This document shows positions 60,077 to 64,000 of a stretch of 64,000 bases of DNA, piece after piece (the first letter of the stretch is position 1; each line of letters starts with the position of its first letter). The notes beneath the pieces were generated by a model. It did not search any database. It was not told the DNA's origin and worked only from the letters and a program-made list of their open reading frames with translations. The translations under genes and the position numbers were made by a program. The stretch is from assembly GCA_964639895.1 (NCBI GenBank), contig CAZXEJ010000001.1, positions 60,237 through 124,236 of the forward strand, written 5' to 3'. The DNA is from an uncultured Spirochaetia bacterium. Lineage in GTDB: Bacteria; Desulfobacterota_D; UBA1144; Nemesobacterales; JADFKM01.

Positions 60077-61765
60077 ATGATAAACCCACGCGTTGTACCC
60101 CCACTACGGGTGGGCTGCCTGTTGTTGGCCGCCCTATCCTTCGTGGCACTCGCACCGACGGAATCCTCGCCGCGTGACCCTACAGGACGCCTTACCACCG
60201 GCTGGGGGCTGCATCGGGTGGTATTCTCCGTCCCCGAGGGCGACGTAGTCGTCATGCTGCCGGACGACCTTGCGGCGGGCGACACCATATCGGGCGCCGT
60301 CGTAGCCGCGCCGGCCGGCAAGGGGCGCAAGCGCCGCAAGATGGCCGACCGCCTGGAAGGCTACGTCGTGGCGGCCGAGGAGATGAAGGCGCCGGTGGGA
60401 AAGGGCGCGCTCAAGTGGACGGTGCCCGCGGCGCTGGCAGGAGGTACGGCTACGCTCATACTGCTGGATGAGAAGGGCAACGCGGCAGCCCGCACGGAGG
60501 TGCCCGTCGCGGCAGCACCGCCGCCCGCCGCGGTTGCGGAACCCCTGCCCGAGGACTTCGCGCTGCCCGAGATAGGGCAAGCGGGAAGACCCATCTCGAT
60601 CGGCGGTCCCTTCGACGGCGAGTTCGGGACCACAGCGGTCAAGATGGGCGGCGAGACGATCCCCCTTCTGGCCGAATCTCCCCGCAAGGTGGTGGTCCGC
60701 ACACCTCGTGACGTCGTGGGCGGGACGGAGCTCGAGGTGCGGGAGGGCGACGTCGTCGCCAAGGGCACTATCTACAACGTCGGTGTCTCGCTCTCGGCTC
60801 CCCGCACCAAGCTGCACCAAGGCGAGGAGACGACGCTCCAGCTGACGGTCGAGGGGCTCGCGGGCTACGGCAGGCCGCTTGACGTCTACGTGCGGAACGA
60901 GACGCCCGAAGTGGTATCGATGGAGGGCGGCAACCTGATCACCGTACGTATCAACCCCGACGACCTGGACGAAGAAGGCCTGTTCACAGCCACCATACCC
61001 GTGAGAGCGGTCAGGATGGGATCGTTCTCCATCTCGGCCGTCGTAGCCGCGGCGAGTGACCGGCACGACTACTCCACCACCCGCAGGTGGAAGAGCGTCA
61101 ACCACGACCTGGCCGCGTCCTCCAGATGGAAGAAGCGGCACAACGAGTCGGTGAGCGTGGCCGAGAAGCTGCCCGAGAGACACGCGGAAGAGTTGTCGGA
61201 GAAGTGGGTCGGGCGCAAGCACAGCTTGAGCACGAGCAGGAAGTGGCGTGCCGAGGGCCATGCGCTGGCGTTGACCGAGCGCTGGGGGAAGCACGCCTAC
61301 GCCCGCTCCCGGCAGTGGTCACACTCGAACCATGCGGTCGAAGCCTCGCGGCGGTGGAAGGACGACGGCCACGCCCACGGCACATCGCGGCTGTGGAGGG
61401 GCGAAGGACATGCATACGAACAAAGCACCGCATGGGCACGCCTGAAGCCCAAACACTCCTATGTGACGTCGAAGCACTGGAAGGGCTACGGCCACAAGGA
61501 GGCCGATTCGTGGAAGTGGAGGGCCGAGAAACACCAGCCGGGTATAAGCATAAAACGGGTCGGCAAACACGAGGCCGACACAACCAAGATGTGGAAAGGC
61601 GACCTCCACCGCGAAAAGCTCTCGCGCCGCTGGCGTGGTGAGGAACACCGCTACACGACGTCCATGAAATGGAAGGACGAGAGGCACAACCACCGCTTCT
61701 CGCGCAGGTGGAAGGGCGAGGGCCACAACTACGGCGAGAGCCGCAAGTGGCAGGGGAAGCGTTGA
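60077..61765 (+). CDS. secreted protein with C-terminal Trp/His/Lys/Arg-rich 13-residue tandem repeats
   Basis: 562 aa. Signal peptide (MINPRVVPPLRVGCLLLAALSFVALA). Residues 30-350 are likely beta-rich. Residues ~350-562 consist of about 16 copies of S-[RK]-[RK]-W-[KR]-x-[ED]-G-H-x-[YH]-x-x (e.g. SRRWKDDGHAHGT, SRLWRGEGHAYEQ, SRRWKGEGHNYGE). GAGGCGGAGG Shine-Dalgarno upstream. Confidence 0.7.
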   Translation: MINPRVVPPLRVGCLLLAALSFVALAPTESSPRDPTGRLTTGWGLHRVVFSVPEGDVVVMLPDDLAAGDTISGAVVAAPAGKGRKRRKMADRLEGYVVAAEEMKAPVGKGALKWTVPAALAGGTATLILLDEKGNAAARTEVPVAAAPPPAAVAEPLPEDFALPEIGQAGRPISIGGPFDGEFGTTAVKMGGETIPLLAESPRKVVVRTPRDVVGGTELEVREGDVVAKGTIYNVGVSLSAPRTKLHQGEETTLQLTVEGLAGYGRPLDVYVRNETPEVVSMEGGNLITVRINPDDLDEEGLFTATIPVRAVRMGSFSISAVVAAASDRHDYSTTRRWKSVNHDLAASSRWKKRHNESVSVAEKLPERHAEELSEKWVGRKHSLSTSRKWRAEGHALALTERWGKHAYARSRQWSHSNHAVEASRRWKDDGHAHGTSRLWRGEGHAYEQSTAWARLKPKHSYVTSKHWKGYGHKEADSWKWRAEKHQPGISIKRVGKHEADTTKMWKGDLHREKLSRRWRGEEHRYTTSMKWKDERHNHRFSRRWKGEGHNYGESRKWQGKR

Positions 61766-61848
61766 GGGCGCAGCGGATACGGCGCAGGAGCCTGAGGTGG
61801 GGCGGCGTCCGGCACCCTTCTGCGCGCTCCTGGGAGGAGGGGCGCGGC

Positions 61849-62991
61849 GTGCGGGGGGTGCGTGGGCGCCTTTCCCCGCTGCCGCCGCTTGCGCTCGCTC
61901 TGCTCCTATGCGTCGCGTGCCACGCTGCCACTCCTCCCATGGCCGGCCCCCCGGCCGGGCCAGACGGCGGAGCCGTACTGCAGGGCACCGTGACCGGCCC
62001 TGGCGAGGCCCCGCCGCACATCCCCTCCACACCGCACCCCTCCTTACGCCCTCGGCCGGTGCTCCAGACGAACGAGGCGTTCATCCGCTCACTGCACACC
62101 AACCTCGACATCACCGATACAAGAGAAGTGTTCTACTTCGTCCTCTCCTCCCTTCCACCACAGGTGGACGTCATCCCCACGGAGAACTACTACTACTTCT
62201 CCTTCTACACGGCTGGAAGGGAGGTGCGCGGCAACATTCGGTTCGACGTCTACGACCGCGACGAGGGACGAGTGAGCTTCGTCTACTACGTACACCGCCC
62301 CCACGGCGAACCCTGGCGCGAGAGCGCCACGTGGCAGGCCGCGTTGGGCGCCGAGCAAGGCGTATACGTACTGAAGGTCTCTGACAACGTTTACGCCGTC
62401 TCGATGAGGGGCAAAACGGTCCGTTTCCACCTGAACCCTGCTCCCAGGACGCCTCCCGCCGTGGCGCGGCTGGCCGAGGGCGATGAACTCATGGGGCGTG
62501 CGGTGGACGAATCGGGCATAGCGTTCCTGCTCGTCTACGATACGCGGCGCAAGGCCTTCATCTGGCTGCTCGACGAGGAACGACCCACGCCGCCGCTGGA
62601 AAGGATAGCCGAGGGCATGCTGCTGGACCCGCTGAGCGGGTTCATCTTCTGGGACGACCGTCAGCGGCGGGCCAAGGTGCTCATAGGGGTGAGTGCCCGC
62701 GATGTGAGGCTCAACACCTACTGGGACGGCCCCTTCGACCAGCTACCCGACAACAACCCCCATCCGCGGCTCAAGGAGAGGCTCGAGGAGGCCCACCCCT
62801 ACGCACGCGGAAGGCTCGACGCGCTGGGGCGGTTTACGGACGAGAAGAGGATGAGGATGGCCGTGACGCCCTACTACGAGTACGAGACGCTCGATGAGAT
62901 GGCCGACCTCGTCGAGGACTGCAGGCGCCGCGAGCCTGCCTACATCGTCGACTGCCTCACCTACGATTGGAAGAGCTCGCTCGAGCCCTGA
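61849..62991 (+). CDS. hypothetical secreted protein
   Basis: GTG start (VRGVRGRLSPLPPLALALLLCVAC...) 6 nt after a GGGAGGAGGGG Shine-Dalgarno. Signal peptide, then a Tyr-rich core (YYYFSFYTAGREVRGNIRFDVYDRDEGRVSFVYYVHRP). The tracked 440-aa ORF from 61669 overlaps the upstream gene and is trimmed. Confidence 0.55.
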   Translation: MRGVRGRLSPLPPLALALLLCVACHAATPPMAGPPAGPDGGAVLQGTVTGPGEAPPHIPSTPHPSLRPRPVLQTNEAFIRSLHTNLDITDTREVFYFVLSSLPPQVDVIPTENYYYFSFYTAGREVRGNIRFDVYDRDEGRVSFVYYVHRPHGEPWRESATWQAALGAEQGVYVLKVSDNVYAVSMRGKTVRFHLNPAPRTPPAVARLAEGDELMGRAVDESGIAFLLVYDTRRKAFIWLLDEERPTPPLERIAEGMLLDPLSGFIFWDDRQRRAKVLIGVSARDVRLNTYWDGPFDQLPDNNPHPRLKERLEEAHPYARGRLDALGRFTDEKRMRMAVTPYYEYETLDEMADLVEDCRRREPAYIVDCLTYDWKSSLEP

Positions 62992-63090
62992 CGCCCCCCT
63001 GAGCGGCAAACCCACGCGCCGCGCTCCCAACCGAGCTCCCCATACACACACGCGACGGCCGACCACTCGCGGCCCGGTCCCACGGGCGGG

Positions 63091-63486
63091 CTAGAAAAAC
63101 TCCTCCGGTGGTACGGGGGGATGCTCCGGACCTACCCCCGCACCGTCGCCGCCGCCCGTGAGCGTGCCCACCAGCACGGCAGCCCCCGCGGCGGCGGCCG
63201 CCCCCAGCAGGAACCACAGCCACCGCCTCTTGCGTCGCTCTTCCACCACGCCCCTCAGCTCGTCGCGGGCCTGGTCCCCGCCACGGGCCTCCGCCGCCCG
63301 AGGCTCCTCCCCCACGACGACGCCGTAGAGCCGCGACCTGCCCGCCGCCGAGGCCGACACGGTCCTATCGGCACACGATACGGCGAGCAAGAATAGAGCG
63401 GCCGCAACGAACAACAAAACCCTCGGTGCCACGACCACCACCCCGTCACTGAAGTGGACGGCTTGACAGCTATCCCTATAGACCAT
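63091..63486 (-). CDS. hypothetical small membrane protein
   Basis: 131 aa with two predicted TM helices. Gly/Ala/Arg-rich, so it may be a spurious GC-rich ORF. Confidence 0.3.
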   Translation of the reverse strand: MVYRDSCQAVHFSDGVVVVAPRVLLFVAAALFLLAVSCADRTVSASAAGRSRLYGVVVGEEPRAAEARGGDQARDELRGVVEERRKRRWLWFLLGAAAAAGAAVLVGTLTGGGDGAGVGPEHPPVPPEEFF

Positions 63487-63839
63487 CCTACCACCCCGGC
63501 ACGCGGCTGTGAACCGGCAACTTCAGGCCCCGGGCGGTCCGGCCGGCAAGGCGTACCCCCCACACCTCCACCGCAAGGCACCGCTTCAGCCGTACGCGCC
63601 CCCACCGGCCCCGTAACCGCACACTCCACACTGCAGCGAGGCGACGTCCCCGTCCCATACCGCAGGCTCACCCGCACCCGCGACGCTCCCCCCTCGACCC
63701 CGCCCCTATCCCCCACGACCGGCCACATGCGCCCACCCCCCGGGCAGCAAATGGTTTTGTGATACGCACTCCATTCTTGTAATCTGTGTGCGAGGGAGGG
63801 TGCAACCCGCCGACGGCCGCCCCCGGGAGGAGAAAGCAC

Positions 63840-64000
63840 GTGTCACAGCTTGCCGCACTTATGCTTGAAGCAGCCCAAGCCCTCAGGGAAGGGGCCCTTG
63901 AAGAGCTGTGGTTCATGTTGCTCGCAGGCCTGATGCTGGCGGCCGTCCTCTACGCCCACCGCCGGATACGCCAGGCATTCAGGGAAAGGATAGAGGCGAA
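63840..64000 (+). CDS. hypothetical protein, 5' fragment running off the window end
   Basis: GGGAGGAGAAAG Shine-Dalgarno 5 nt before a GTG. Translation VSQLAALMLEAAQALREGALEELWFMLLAGLMLAAVLYAHRRIRQAFRERIEA.. includes a TM helix. Not in the ORF track because no stop is reached. Confidence 0.35.
   Translation, partial: MSQLAALMLEAAQALREGALEELWFMLLAGLMLAAVLYAHRRIRQAFRERIEA

Noticed and set aside
61098-62114. 338-aa minus-strand ORF and neighbouring minus-strand ORFs over the repeat-protein gene
   Set aside because: Antisense to the repeat-protein gene. Ser/Arg/Pro/Cys-rich low complexity.

Overview
High-GC (about 65-68%) chromosomal segment from a diderm (Gram-negative-type) bacterium; the envelope type is indicated by a GT9 heptosyltransferase gene, an outer-membrane beta-barrel protein and lipoprotein genes. 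Most of the window is conserved housekeeping. The minus strand carries an F-type ATP synthase operon (atpF-prime, F, H, A, G, D and a partial atpC) with a cation:proton antiporter gene abutting its 5' end. Also present are recJ, aroQ, murJ, a nitroreductase, a complete caa3-type cytochrome oxidase cluster (SCO1, ctaC, D, E, F, ctaA, ctaB), tRNA-Met(CAT), a zinc-ribbon/RNase HI pair followed by RNase P RNA (rnpB), tyrS, a ClpX-like AAA+ gene coupled to rimO, fmt, nadK, prfB, a class V aminotransferase, sbcD, an acetolactate-synthase-like TPP enzyme and aroC. There are three less ordinary neighbourhoods. (1) 15.3-20.1 kb: two tandem type IV pilin genes with a sigma54-like promoter and upstream palindromes, followed by an ABC ATPase / ABC-2 permease / membrane accessory / GT9 block. 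(2) 49-57.3 kb: a class II cAMP phosphodiesterase, a CHASE2 adenylate cyclase and a GAF-HD-GYP protein flank an envelope module made of a TPR plus outer-membrane beta-barrel protein (Slam/DUF560-like architecture), a FecR-domain protein and a Cys-rich-repeat lipoprotein. (3) 60.1-61.8 kb: a secreted protein whose C-terminal third is about 16 tandem 13-residue Trp/His/Lys/Arg repeats. The window also contains several unusually long noncoding GC-rich tracts (0.4-1 kb) in which only low-complexity ORFs occur. No rRNA, CRISPR array, transposase or integrase was recognised. All calls rest on reading the translations and the DNA; no database search was possible.
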